From: Entomortierella parvispora E1425
Taxonomy: Eukaryota; Fungi; Mortierellomycota
Direction: 5' to 3'
Assembly (NCBI GenBank): GCA_020891255.1
Contig: BQFW01000008.1
Location: forward strand, 1,240,001 to 1,304,000
Length of the DNA stretch: 64,000 nucleotides
Both the position numbers and the translations under genes were made by a program. Below, piece by piece: positions 1 through 11,321 of this stretch (positions are counted from its first letter, which is position 1; every line of letters starts with the position of its first letter). Under the pieces are notes generated by a model that saw only the letters and a list, made by a program, of their open reading frames with translations, ran no database searches and was not told where the DNA came from.

Positions 1-377
1 CACCTTGGATGTGCCCCAGCCCAAGTTCTTGACGATGGGCAAGGAGGAGAAGGCCGGAAGCGTTCGCACACCCATGCCCTGCAAGATCTCGCAGGTTATG
101 TGCAAGCCCGGCGATGTCGTTGTTAAGGGCCAGGCTCTTGTTATCCTTGAGGCCATGAAGATGGAGGTAAATTACTTTTACGATATGGAATGTTTTTTTT
201 ATTCAAATGTTTGACACCCCAATACTAAACATTGTTGTTGTTGTTTTTTTAAACCATTAGCACATCATCAAGTCGCCCGTCTCTGGTGTTATCTCGGACG
301 TCTTCTTCAACGTCGGCGAGATGGTTGCAGAGAACAAGAACTTGATTGCGTTCGAGGAGGCCGAGGAGGCCAAGTAA
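1..377 (+). CDS. 3' end of a biotin-dependent carboxylase alpha subunit, probably methylcrotonyl-CoA carboxylase (partial, 2 exons)
   Basis: Biotinyl-domain motif PMPCKI...EAMKME ends at a GT intron (168-260); the next exon reads HIIKSPVSGVISDVFFNVGEMV...K, with TAA at 375-377. The EAMKMEH junction is typical of MCC alpha. Confidence 0.8.
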
Positions 378-644
378 ACACGAACGATGGTCAGTTTGGT
401 AGACGAGTAAGGGAGAGAGGGAGCAAGATATAAAAATCATAGATCGCATATACACAGTTCATATATTCACAGCAAAATATGTTCGTTCATTTCCATGTTG
501 GTATTGGGCAGAGGTATGGAACAACTCGATTAGATGCATGACCCAACAAGACGCAAAAGTCGATCTCTCAAAAGTTTTTTTTTTTTTACAAAAGGGTGTG
601 GGTTATCGGGCCAAATCCAAGTCTTGTTATCTTGACCTTGCCAT

Positions 645-2278
645 CTACTTTTTGCGAGGTTTGATATCTGCCTCGGACACTGGACTAAGCATGATGGTAT
701 TCTTGAAACTCTCTGATGCTCCAGTGTAGCCCTATTAGAATGGTTGGAAATAAAAAGAAATAAAGTGTCAATTGACCGATATACAACCCAATAGTTCAGC
801 TTGAATAGTATGCCCATGGTTACTGCAGTTGTTGTTGTTGTTGTTGTACCTTGCTCCAGTCGTAACTGACAGCGTAAGCATAGATGCTTCCGTTTCTGTT
901 GAATGTGGCCGCAGAGATGGGTCCAGCCTGCTTGTTGAAGACCTTGAGCTTCTGCTTTGAGTCCTTGTCCCAGAAAGTAAATCCACCATCAGACCCTGCT
1001 GTTGCAAAGGTACCAAATACGGGGTGGAAGGAAATGGCATTGACTGCATAGACGGATGCGTTGGCGGCCGAGGGTGCTCCATCGCGATGGCACTTGAAAG
1101 AAAAGTTTCCTCTGCAGAAATGAAAACAATATTAGCTCCCATGTAAAGGTGATACATCTCCTGAGAACCAGAAAAGGAGAAGCTTTCAAGAAAGGAAAAA
1201 AAAAACGTACTGGCTATCCTTGACGTCCGTGTACTGAATGGCGACACGACCTTCGATACTTCCGACAGCAAATCCACCACCGGTGGTGAAGCAGGAAACC
1301 ACGCGCGTCTGCATCTTGAGGGGACTCTCCATGGTTCTGAATGGCACGGCAGGGTTACTCATGTCGTACATTGTAATGGATCGGTCCGCCGTCGCTGCAA
1401 CAAGGAGTGATCCGTGTGTGTCCATCGAGTAAAGTCTATCGCTGAGCGCCACTGAAGAGACAGGGGTAGGCTGTCTAATATCCCAGTACTATTGTTGTAG
1501 AAAGAGAAAGAAAGAAAAAACAGGCAAGTTGGTAAGAGAGAGTATTCCTGCACATCCCTCATGGCACACAGCAAACGGCGGGATTCTGTCATCGTCCTCT
1601 CTATACCTTGATCGTCTTATCCCAGCTTCCTGTGGCCACAATGTTGGCTCCATCGACCCATCTCAACCCCTTGATGGGAGCATCGTGTTTTGCGAACTGT
1701 GTGGGTTGACCTGTGGTTACATCAAACATTCTTCCTGCACTGTCCGCGCCTCCTGAAGCGAGTTTTGAGCCATCCTAAAAGAACAATATAAAGAAGAATG
1801 GCAGAAACTGTGTGAGAAATCATCGATAAAGTAAAGCTCAATCAACCATAGGTATCGAGAATAAGAAAAAAACTGCTTACTGGACTCCATTGGCAGACAA
1901 GAGCGGGCCCTTCGTGAGAGTACATGGCCTTGGCCACGGTTGAGCCATCTCCCATGACTTCCCAGATACGAACCTATTACAGAGAAGAGGGGTTGGTCAG
2001 AGGCAAGGTACAAACTTGTATATGGCTCCATTGTTCCTTTGAATTGTCTCCTGAGTCTTCACCTCATTGTTCCATGAAGCAGCGGCGAGGAGATCACTCG
2101 TCTTTGAGAAGGCGAGATCTGAGATGCTGTCCGATGGAGCAGCAGTGACCTATTGACATGGAAAGGATCGAGTCAGTAATGTGATTAGACCGTTGTAATC
2201 ATTCGGGAAGTTTTGAGCTCAAGCTGAGAGTGTTACCTCGATGTCTTTCTGTTGCTGTGCCTGGTTACCGAGCATCAT
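645..2278 (-). CDS. RAE1: mRNA export factor Rae1/Gle2 (WD40), multi-exon
   Basis: Spliced exons [14 protein letters not shown]|[29 protein letters not shown]; [14 protein letters not shown]...[14 protein letters not shown]; last exon [28 protein letters not shown]. Confidence 0.9.
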
Positions 2279-2752
2279 CTTGACGAGAAGGGTATGGAGT
2301 GAAAGAGTAAAGTGAGTGTGGGAAAGTCTGTTCCTTTGAGGGGAGTGCGAATGGGATGCAAACACGAATCAAAGGGAGAAGAGCAAGGCAACAGGACGAA
2401 ACAAAGAGGCAAAGGTAAAAAAGCGTGGCAAAAATAGCGAACGAATCCATGGTGGCAATTTTTGTAGACGCGTCCCTCTCTCCCTTTGTCTTCTCTTTGC
2501 CAACCTTTCCTACTGATATTTTCCACGCCTCCCCAATATGCTCTGCTCCAATGACTCCTATCAACTTGTTCACCTTGATGAAAAACTGCTCCTATACTTG
2601 TGCCCGCTCGCTCGGCTGTCCTTCGCCTGCTCCTCCTTTATCCCAAAACGCGACATGTGTCACGTGACCCGATCAATGAGAATCTAAGCCACTCTGGCAT
2701 TGGTATTTACGATCCATTTTTTTTTTTTTTGTTGTTCTTCAACTTTTTCATT

Positions 2753-3103
2753 CCTTCAGAGACCACCCGCAGAATCGCATATTGAAGCATCACATTTCTA
2801 CGACAAGGCTGGGCAACCAGACCTTGCTCCATAATTGAAATGCTTTAGGGAAAGTCCTCGGACCTCACGACAGAAAGTGTCACCGATAATTCCTTACCGG
2901 TATTGCCTTGTCCATCAAAGATTGATTGTTTCGCACTTGGGCCAAGATTCCACCACTCTGTGGTGGATGAATGCTCCATAACGATCTGATTTCTTGGCTC
3001 GGCGTTTGTCATGGTTCACAGTCATGCGATTGCGGTTGTCATTCTTCATTGAATGATGATTGTAACTCAACGGGGCTCACTCGCGACCGTGGTCTCTTGA
3101 AGG
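2753..3103 (+). ncRNA. RNase MRP RNA
   Basis: CR-I-like GGGAAAGTCCTCGGACCTCACGACAGAAAGTGTCAC (2848-2883) and CR-V-like AACGGGGCTCACTC (3069-3082) closely match the RNase MRP motifs as I recall them (human GGGGAAAGUCCCCGGACCUCGGGCAGAGAGUGCCAC and CACGGGGCUCAUUC). AGTCCT/GGGGCT can form P4. The termini CCTTCAGAGACCAC and GTGGTCTCTTGAAGG are complementary. T-rich tract downstream. Confidence 0.88.
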
Positions 3104-3297
3104 AGAAAAATGAAAAAGTTCGCTTTTTCTACTTTTTTATTTCTCAAATCAAAACAACATTGGAGGACTGGGTGGGCATGAGTGCAGAGAGCGAGAGGAG
3201 GCAGACGACAGCTGGGTCCTGCTCCGATGTCGTGTACGCGCACTACCAAAAAAAAAAAAAAAATCACGTGATTTATCATGGCTGCACAAAATGAAAG

Positions 3298-3370
3298 CGC
3301 CCAATGTGGGGGTCGAACCCACAACCTTCAGATTAAGAGTCTGACGCTCTACCGATTGAGCTAACCGGGC
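3298..3370 (-). tRNA. tRNA-Lys(CTT)
   Basis: 73-nt cloverleaf GCCCGGTTAGCTCAATCGGTAGAGCGTCAGACT-CTT-AATCTGAAGGTTGTGGGTTCGACCCCCACATTGGGCG. Confidence 0.97.
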
Positions 3371-3392
3371 TAGGCTGTTATCCTGTTGATCT

Positions 3393-4000
3393 TGTCGTGA
3401 ATCAGACTGCTTTTATCCCCGCCAGCTCCGCGTCTGATCACATGACTTACGATCACCTGACCGCCGACACGCCTGATGAATGGACCCTTGTTGCGCGCCC
3501 TCATTGCACTTGTGCCGCGCGTCATCGTCGTTGACTATCACCAGGTCGACTACCCTCAATCGTGTATACTCACGAACGGAGCATTTCATGTTTCTCCGAC
3601 ATTAACCTACCAACCGTTGCCAATCAAAAGCTTGTCTCCACGCCGGTCGACCAAGCTCTTTGAAACCTCGGACGTTAGGGCCCCTATTCCAGAATAGTCA
3701 TAAGCCCTTCACTATTTATTTCCATAGTGTCAGCAGTATAGTCTCACTTCACTACCTTCAGTATATAAGTAGCTCTGTATCGAGACTTAGAACGGCATCC
3801 TTTCTTTGCCCTTCCATCTCGATTACAGGTAACCCTCTTGAGAACCCTATCAGTAGTAACACACAGAATATCTTATTAAACATATCCTTTCTTTGCCCTT
3901 CCATCTCGATTACAGTCAAGGTAGCTGACTGTGGTGCCCAGTGTAGAAGAACACGCTCGACACACCCTAAGGATCAGTCGTGATACCGAGAGTCACGACA
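3393..4000 (+). repeat. 5' LTR of outer element
   Basis: Direct repeat of 13962-14569; identical ORF translations in both copies; TG...CA ends. Confidence 0.97.
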
Positions 4001-4010
4001 AATTTGGTAG

Positions 4011-4114
4011 CAAAGGACAGTAGCAGTCCTACCGCCACGCCCATCCAAAGGACAGTAGTAGTCCTACCGCCACGCCCATTCAAAGGACAGTAGTAGTCCT
4101 ACCGCCACGCCATT
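4011..4114 (+). repeat. Three tandem ~35-bp repeats in the outer element leader
   Basis: CAAAGGACAGTAG(C/T)AGTCCTACCGCCACGCCCAT(C/T) at 4011, 4046 and 4081. Confidence 0.9.
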
Positions 4115-4150
4115 CAAGACGACCACCTTCCCTACCCACTTCCTTACATC

Positions 4151-5488
4151 ATGAATCAACATCAACACAACTTCGACGACGATATTGACGAGGAGCCCAA
4201 CACGTCAAGCTATCACGCCGCCTCCACCTTCACCGTTCCCGAACCTGTGATCCACAATGATCGTCCCAAAAAGAACCTTTTGCCCTCGGATCATGAAACT
4301 TTCAATGGCACCTGCTCCCACCACGAGGCCCGAGCATGGTTGCTACAGACAGAGTTGATTGCAGACATCAGTGAGATTCCTAGACCGAAATGGCCCAGAG
4401 CCGCGATTGCCAAGCTTCGAGGTGACGCAAGAGTCTGGGGCCTGAATTACAACTCACTCCACACCAATGCCACGTGGGACACTTTCTCAGCCGCCTTTTT
4501 AAGTCAGTTCAGCTCAGAAGACTTGGAAGAGACCCTTCGCAACGAACTCGATAGTGTTGTCTGGGAAAAGACAGACACCCCCAACACCTTCTTCCACCGT
4601 TTTCAGTTTGCTTTGATGCCTCTTGGTACCAATGTATCTGAAGGAGAAAAAGTACACGTCTTCAAGACCCGAAGTCCACAATTTTTGCGAAAATTTCTGA
4701 TCGAGCACCAAGTCAAAACCTGGCAACAAGTCCGCCAACACTGTGAAATCCGAACAGAGATGAGCACAAGCCTTGGTATCATTTCCCAATCCGCGCAGAA
4801 CCGAATCAACCAAGCCAGACAAACGCCGCCGTCTCGCCCTTTTGTTGCTCCATCACGCTTTGGTTCCCCAAGACTTTTCCAACACCACGCTGCAGCAACA
4901 GCCCCGCCCCCTCGTCCCTCTCACATTACTGGAAACCCCACTACTGGTTTTTCAACTGGAAAACGCGTTAGTTTCTCTGGTCATCCGTTTTCACGCCCTC
5001 CAGATCGACGAGACAGCACCCAAAACCAAAATCAAAGTCAAGGTCGTCGATCTTCGATGGATATGGACGTTGATGTGTTCAACATCGAGTGCCACAATTG
5101 CGGAGACAATCACAAGGCCGCAGAATGCCCCAAGCCGCAAACTTGTTATAACTGTGGACAGCGAGGACACTACAAACGCGACTGCCCTCAAGGAGGACAA
5201 AACCAAGGACGACCACAACGAAGGAATCGCCCAAACGTGAACATCAACATGACCCATATCGATCCACAAGATTTCAAGCCCGAAACTTGCCCATTGATGG
5301 TCGTACCCCTCTACGTCGACGGTTGGCAATTCGACGCCCTTTTTGATAACGGCGCCAACGTCAACGTTATTTCTTCTCGTGCCCTCGAAGTTATCCGTGA
5401 AGAATCCCCGGAATCCATCCTCGATGAAAAACGAATCTATGAGCCGACCCCTGTACGAACAGCCCATGCAGGGAGACCTAGGTGCTAA
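4151..5488 (+). CDS. gag: Outer element Gag with two CCHC zinc knuckles, plus the N-half of the aspartic protease
   Basis: [13 protein letters not shown] and [14 protein letters not shown]; protease motif [12 protein letters not shown]. Confidence 0.92.
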   Translation: MNQHQHNFDDDIDEEPNTSSYHAASTFTVPEPVIHNDRPKKNLLPSDHETFNGTCSHHEARAWLLQTELIADISEIPRPKWPRAAIAKLRGDARVWGLNYNSLHTNATWDTFSAAFLSQFSSEDLEETLRNELDSVVWEKTDTPNTFFHRFQFALMPLGTNVSEGEKVHVFKTRSPQFLRKFLIEHQVKTWQQVRQHCEIRTEMSTSLGIISQSAQNRINQARQTPPSRPFVAPSRFGSPRLFQHHAAATAPPPRPSHITGNPTTGFSTGKRVSFSGHPFSRPPDRRDSTQNQNQSQGRRSSMDMDVDVFNIECHNCGDNHKAAECPKPQTCYNCGQRGHYKRDCPQGGQNQGRPQRRNRPNVNINMTHIDPQDFKPETCPLMVVPLYVDGWQFDALFDNGANVNVISSRALEVIREESPESILDEKRIYEPTPVRTAHAGRPRC

Positions 5489-6255
5489 GGCACTAGGCGA
5501 AGTCATCCTTCGAGTTGTTATTGGAGAACACACCTGCCGTTTCACAGCCACGGTTGTTCCCGACCTAGCTCACGATGTTTTCATTGGACTTCCATGGATG
5601 TTCCGCTACAAACCTCAAATCAATTGGGATCGCTACTCATTGACTTGGCAAGTCAATGGCCGAAAACACGAAGCCATCGCCAGATCTCAGCCCGCCAGTA
5701 CCCTTCTGCAGAACGAACAGGTACCTGAACTTGCATATGTGCAGACGAACGCACAGCGGTTCTTACACACCATGGCCGCCGATGATACACAAGAAGCAGG
5801 AATCGTTTGGTTAATGAAAACCCACGTTCCAGAACACACCCGAGCAGAAGAGCTCATGACCAACCCGGACCTGACAGTAGAACAGCAAGCTCAAATCGAT
5901 GAGATAGTGAAGGAGTACCAGCAGGATGTATTCGCTCCACTCTCAGAGATGCCACCAGCCCGTCCCGGTTTCGATCACCAAATCCCCACTGGAGTAACAA
6001 GTCCTGTGGTCAAGAAGATATATAAGATGTCACCCCTCGAGCTCAAGACTCTCAAAGAACAGTTGGATGAGCTGTTACGGTTGGGGTACATCCAGCCCTC
6101 AACGTCGCCGTGGGCCGCACCAGTCCTGTTCGTCAAGAAGAAAGATGGAACATTGAGACTGTGTATCGACTATCGTGGACTCAACGCCGTCACGATCAAG
6201 AACAAGTATTTTCTCCCGCACACCGATGAATTTTTCGATCGCATGCGAGGAGCCC
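5470..6255 (+). CDS. pol: Outer element Pol, 5' part (protease C-half and RT start), cut by the nested insertion
   Basis: DVFIGLPWM; [27 protein letters not shown]. Lies in the +1 frame relative to gag. Confidence 0.9.
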
Positions 6256-6484
6256 TGTAACAGGAATACGGTGACATCACGCGATGTGTACCTACAAAAG
6301 CTAGAAACTTGCAATATAATAAAACTCACTTCTTGTCTCCACTCCACCCTCGATACTCCTATTGCATGGTAGCAAAGGTTTTCGATCCACTGACCTCACT
6401 GACCCACTGACCCTCCGACACACTCACACCCTGGACCCCCTCGTATCCCTCTTCGATCAACTCTCCCTCGACAATTCACCCAAC

Positions 6485-7405
6485 ATGGACCCCGCGACAC
6501 CGTCATTCAAATTCCCTCATCCAACACCGTTCAACGGCAAGCGCGACGGATTCTCTGTTCTCGGTTTTCTGAAACGCATGACCTTTTTCTTCGATGGCGC
6601 TGGAATTGCCGAACCTCGCAAGGTCGGGGTTACCCTTGCCTTTGCCGGCGATGAGGTTATCGGCTGGTGGGCACTCTTAAACAAGCCATCCGACACCTCA
6701 TTCCCGGATTTCAGCGAGCTCCTTGCCACCGAGTTCAGTCCTGCGAAGTTTAAGGAGCACATTCTCGCCCTCACAATGCAAATGAAAATGACACTGCCAC
6801 TGAACATCTCCAACGTCATGGCCTATATTACCAAAGCCCGTGAATACCACCTGCTCCTCCAGTCTTACTACGCCGACAACGCAGTTCTCAACGATACTAT
6901 CCGTACTGCCTTTCTCAGTGGTGCACCTACTCAGCTTCGCCAGATGCTGGAAGTGGCCATTGTTAATGCAGGCAACGACACCATAGATCTGCCCAGACTC
7001 TTTAAGGCCGCGGAGGAGTTCGGTCGTATCTTCCACACTGAAGACCCATCACTCGGTGCCAAAGCACTGGCTGCCTCGGGATCCTCTGCTGGTATCACCG
7101 ACCCCAACGCAATGGAAGTGGACAATATTCATATCCAACTCAACAATATCCACAAGCAACTCGGCACCCTTCACCGCTCCTTACAGAACCGCCCCACCAA
7201 CGGTACTAACAACCCTTCTCGAGATCGCCCCGCACCCCTGACCGCCGCCGACCGAGAGTACCTTGTACGTAACGGTGGCTGCTTCCGCTGCCGCGAATTG
7301 GGTCACATCAGTCCCAATTGCCCTAAGTACGGCAACGGCAGCCGAGGAATTAATCAAGTAACCGCGGGTGAATCCCCTGATTCGGGAAAAGCCTCCGGCA
7401 ACTAG
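6485..7405 (+). CDS. gag: Inner element Gag (single CCHC knuckle)
   Basis: MDPATPSFKFPHPTPFNGKRDG...CFRCRELGHISPNC...SGKASGN*. Confidence 0.92.
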   Translation: MDPATPSFKFPHPTPFNGKRDGFSVLGFLKRMTFFFDGAGIAEPRKVGVTLAFAGDEVIGWWALLNKPSDTSFPDFSELLATEFSPAKFKEHILALTMQMKMTLPLNISNVMAYITKAREYHLLLQSYYADNAVLNDTIRTAFLSGAPTQLRQMLEVAIVNAGNDTIDLPRLFKAAEEFGRIFHTEDPSLGAKALAASGSSAGITDPNAMEVDNIHIQLNNIHKQLGTLHRSLQNRPTNGTNNPSRDRPAPLTAADREYLVRNGGCFRCRELGHISPNCPKYGNGSRGINQVTAGESPDSGKASGN

Positions 7406-7429
7406 GGTCGGTCCGGACCCCAGTTGTCG
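7384..7429 (+). other. -1 programmed ribosomal frameshift signal (G GGA AAA plus 14-bp hairpin)
   Basis: Slippery heptamer 7384-7390 in the gag frame; 5-nt spacer; stem 7396-7409/7416-7429 (one G-U, one mismatch); the -1 frame is open from 7381 to 8337. Confidence 0.85.
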
Positions 7430-10400
7430 AAACTGTAGCCAACAACCCTGAGCTAAGTACCTCAAATAAAACTTCACTTGATTCTACACCTCAGAAACAT
7501 GACTCCAATCATGACAAGCGAACTCACATCCACGATGCTCTGGTTGTTCTATCGGACCGAAACCAAAACCAAACCAAAAAACCTGTTGCCTCGCCCGCTC
7601 CAGTTGCCCTGTCCGCTCCTCTACCTAGATCCTCCGATACAGATGAACCGGACCCTCTCGCTGTACCGCCGGCACCTAGTGTACCTCTGTCCAAAAGTCA
7701 GTTGAAGAAGTTGAAGCGTCGTGCGATTCGCCTACACGAATTCACTGTCCAAAAGGCAGAGAGCCAACTGCTCACTTTCATCGGTTCTGTCAATGGCCAC
7801 GCTGCCAGAATCCTGATTGATGGTGGTGCAGAAGGTAATATTATCAGTTCGTCTTTTCAAAAGCGACACCAGCTCCTCCGCACTGAATGCTTGCCCATCC
7901 CCATCCTCCTCCCCAATGGCTCTTCCTCCCTCACATCACACACCGTCCCCATCACCCTCAACCGCAGCGACTACTCCGATTCGCTCAACCCTATTCTCTA
8001 TCCTCTCAACAAATACGACCTCATCCTTGGCAAACCCTGGCTCACCAAAGTTAACCCTTGCATCAATTGGCGCACCAACGATCTTCATTTCACTCACAAT
8101 GGAATCGATGTCAAATGGAGCTGCCGCGGCTTCAAGGCCGATCACATCCAAAGCCGCACCAAAGGACTCCTCCTCACACACATGCACTTTCATTCCATGG
8201 CAACCCTGCCCGGCTCGGAGGTGTTCCTGGCCCTTATTCGCAACACCCCAGAGCCCTCTGAAGAAACTGACCAACCGCGTACAATTCCCGATATGACCCC
8301 CAGAGGTGCGGTCCATTGTCATGGAAGAGTTCGCTGATGTCTTTCCGGAGAAACTCCCGGACGGCCTGCCCCCAGACCGTGGTGATGCTATGAAGATCGA
8401 GACCGACCCGACAGCCGACCCACCCTTCCGCCCTGTCATTAGACTTTCAATCGCCGAGCTTGACGAACTTCGCAAACAACTGGACCAATTGCTAGCAGCA
8501 GGTTTTATCAAACCCAGTACCTCTCCCTATGGCGCCCCCGTGCTCTTTGTGCGGAAGAAGGACGGCACACTCCGAATGTGCGTCGACTACCGTGGCCTCA
8601 ACAAGATCACCAGGAAGAACAGACACCCGTTGCCCCGTATCGACGAGCTTCTTGACCGCTTCCGTGGAGCACGCTATTACTCCAAGTTGGACTTGTTATC
8701 CGGTTATCATCAGCAGCGTATCTTTGAACCACACACACACAAGACTGCCTTCCGTTGTCGCTATGGTCACTTTGAGTTCAATGTTGTTCCCTTTGGCCTT
8801 ACTAACGCTCCTGCTTCGTTCTCCAATATGATGTTGCGAGTGCTCGATCCAGTCTTGGACAAATGGGTTGTCGTGTATCTCGACGATCTGTTGATCTACT
8901 CCAAGACAAAGAAAGAACACCTGCAGCATCTCCGAAGCGTCCTGGCTCTCCTCCGCAAGAACGGTCTGTACGCGAAATTGAGCAAGTGCTCCTTCATGCA
9001 AGACGAAACTGAATTTTTGGGCCACACCATCACGAAGGACGGGATCAAAACATCGGCCGGGCTCAGCAAAGCCATCAGTGACTGGCCCACCCCCAAGAGC
9101 ACAAAGGACGTCCAGCAATTTTTGGGGCTTGCGCAATTTTATCAACAGTACGTATCGGGCTTTGCAGGGATTGCCCTCCCTCTCTCTTCCCTCCTCGCCA
9201 ACAACACTCCCTTCAAATGGACCGACGAACAACAATCTGCATTCCTTCAGCTCAAACGCGCCATCTGCTCCGCCCCCGTCCTCCGCATCTTCGACCCTGA
9301 TCTCTCACCTTTGTCGAAACAGATGCATCCGGTTTCGCCATCGGTGCAGTGCTGCTGCAGACTGACCGGGAAGGGAATACCCATCCCATCGCATTCACTT
9401 CCAGGAAAAATGCAGTCAGCTGAGCGGAACTACCCTGTCCATGAGCAGGAACTGTTGGCTGTCATCCATGCGCTCCGCACTTGGCGCTACTACCTCGATG
9501 GAACCAAGTTCAGCGTCCACACCGACCACGCCACCCTCCGCCACTTCCCCACACAGCCCAAACTCACTCGTCGACAGGCTCGCTGGATGGAGTTGCTTCA
9601 GGAATACGACTTTGACTTCAAGTACAAGCGAGGAGTTGACAACATCGTCCCAGACGCTCTCTCCCGACGACCGGACTACCGCGAGCCTGACCCTGTTGAG
9701 CTATACAACCTCAGCGTCTCCCTGTCCCCGGACGTCCGTGACCAGCTTGTCCAGGACTACAACGACGATCCTCGACTTGGACCCATCTACAAGGATTGCC
9801 TGGATGGGAAGGTTGCCAATGGATATTCATTCCAGAACAACCTCCTCTACTTTACCCGACGTGGAGCAACCACCCTGGCCATCCCTCGGCACTCCCCGAT
9901 CCGCCTCACTCTCTTGCACGACGCTCACGACTCTGCCACTGCTGGACACTTTGGTTTTCAAAAGACTTACGACAACCTGCGCCGTTTCGTATATTGGCCC
10001 CACATCGCCAAGGATACCCAGCAGTATGTAGCAACCTGCGAGAAGTGTCAAAGGAACAAGGACTCACAGGATCGACCAGCTGGACTCTTGCAACCGCTAC
10101 CCATTCCTTCGCAACGTTGGGAGGTAGTCACCATGGACTTCATCGGCCCTCTTCCGCCCACAGCTAGAAATTTTGACGCCATCACAGTGTTTGTCGACAA
10201 GCTGACCAAGCAAGCTCACTTCGTCCCCAGTACTACCTCTGCCACAGCCGTCGACGTCGCCCACCAGTTTTTTGACAACATCTTTAAGCTGCATGGCACA
10301 CCAACATCCATCATCTCGGACCGCGACACTCGATTCACTAGTAGATTCTGGCAAGAGTTGCACAGGCTAATGGATGTCAAACTTGCACTGTCAACCGCCT

Positions 10401-11200
10401 ACCACCCACAGACGGATGGGCAGACAGAGGTTATGAACAAGACGCTGAAGACTATGTTGAGAGCGTTTATTGACAACAAGCAGTCTAACTGGGACCAGCT
10501 CCTTCCGTCACTGGAATTCGCCTATAACAACGCTGTCAATGCATCCACGGGATACTCGCCGTTCTTCCTCAACTCTGGCCAGCACCCTCGTCTCCCCACC
10601 GCTCTCCTCGGTAAACCCAGCAGCTCAGTCCCCACTGTCGATACCTTCCTGACTGAGCAGGCGACCACCCTTGCCCTGGCCCAGGATGCTCTGCAGCGTG
10701 CTCAGGATCATCAGGAGCAACAGGCAAACAAGCGACGACGGGATCACAAGTACAAGGTTGGCGATAAGGTCCTGCTGCGTGCCACCAATATCACCATCCC
10801 TGCCGACAGTATCAGACCAGCCGATAAACTTCGACCTCAATTCCTTGGCCCGTTCACACTTTTGGAGCAACACTCACCTGTCACCTTCCGCGTCGAGCTG
10901 CCACCATTCTACAAAATCCATGACGTCTTCCACGTTGATACCTTTCGACCCTATTTGCCGTCCCCGGAGTCACTCGGCATTCGAGCTCCTGCCCCCGTGG
11001 ATCCCACTGTAATTGACGGCGAAGAGGAGTATGAAGTGGACGAAATTTTAAAGTACCGCTTCTACCGCAGACAACACCAGTTCCTAGTGTCATTCAAAGG
11101 CTACGGCAGAGAAGCTGACGAATGGCTCCCAGTAAGCAACTTGGACAACTGCATGGACTTGGTCACAACCTTCAAAGAGCAGCACGGTATCATTTTTTAA
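7390..11200 (+). CDS. pol: Inner element Pol (PR, RT, RNase H, integrase, chromodomain) with apparent single-base indels
   Basis: LIDGGAEGNIIS; YLDDLLIYS; integrase HHCC and GPF motifs; chromodomain EEYEVDEILKYR...LVSFKGYG..DEWLP. Indels near 8297-8301, ~9305 and 9406-9410. Confidence 0.92.
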
Positions 11201-11321
11201 AAGGGGAAGGTGTAACAGGAATACGGTGACATCACGCGATGTGTACCTACAAAAGCTAGAAACTTGCAATATAATAAAACTCACTTCTTGTCTCCACTCC
11301 ACCCTCGATACTCCTATTGCA

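Larger units (their letters stand above)
6256..11321 (+). mobile_element. Nested chromovirus-type Ty3/gypsy LTR retrotransposon, 5,066 bp
   Basis: Identical 111-bp LTRs (6256-6366, 11211-11321); 5-bp TSD AGCCC (6251-6255, 11322-11326); PBS at 6367-6378; PPT AAAAGGGGAAGG at 11199-11210; C-terminal chromodomain. Confidence 0.97.

Noticed and set aside
2971-3324. 107-aa and 85-aa ORFs near 3 kb
   Set aside because: They overlap the RNase MRP RNA and tRNA-Lys and are spurious.
3476-3983. ORFs inside the LTRs (73 aa and 107 aa, duplicated at 14045-14552)
   Set aside because: Artefacts of LTR duplication with no recognisable domain.
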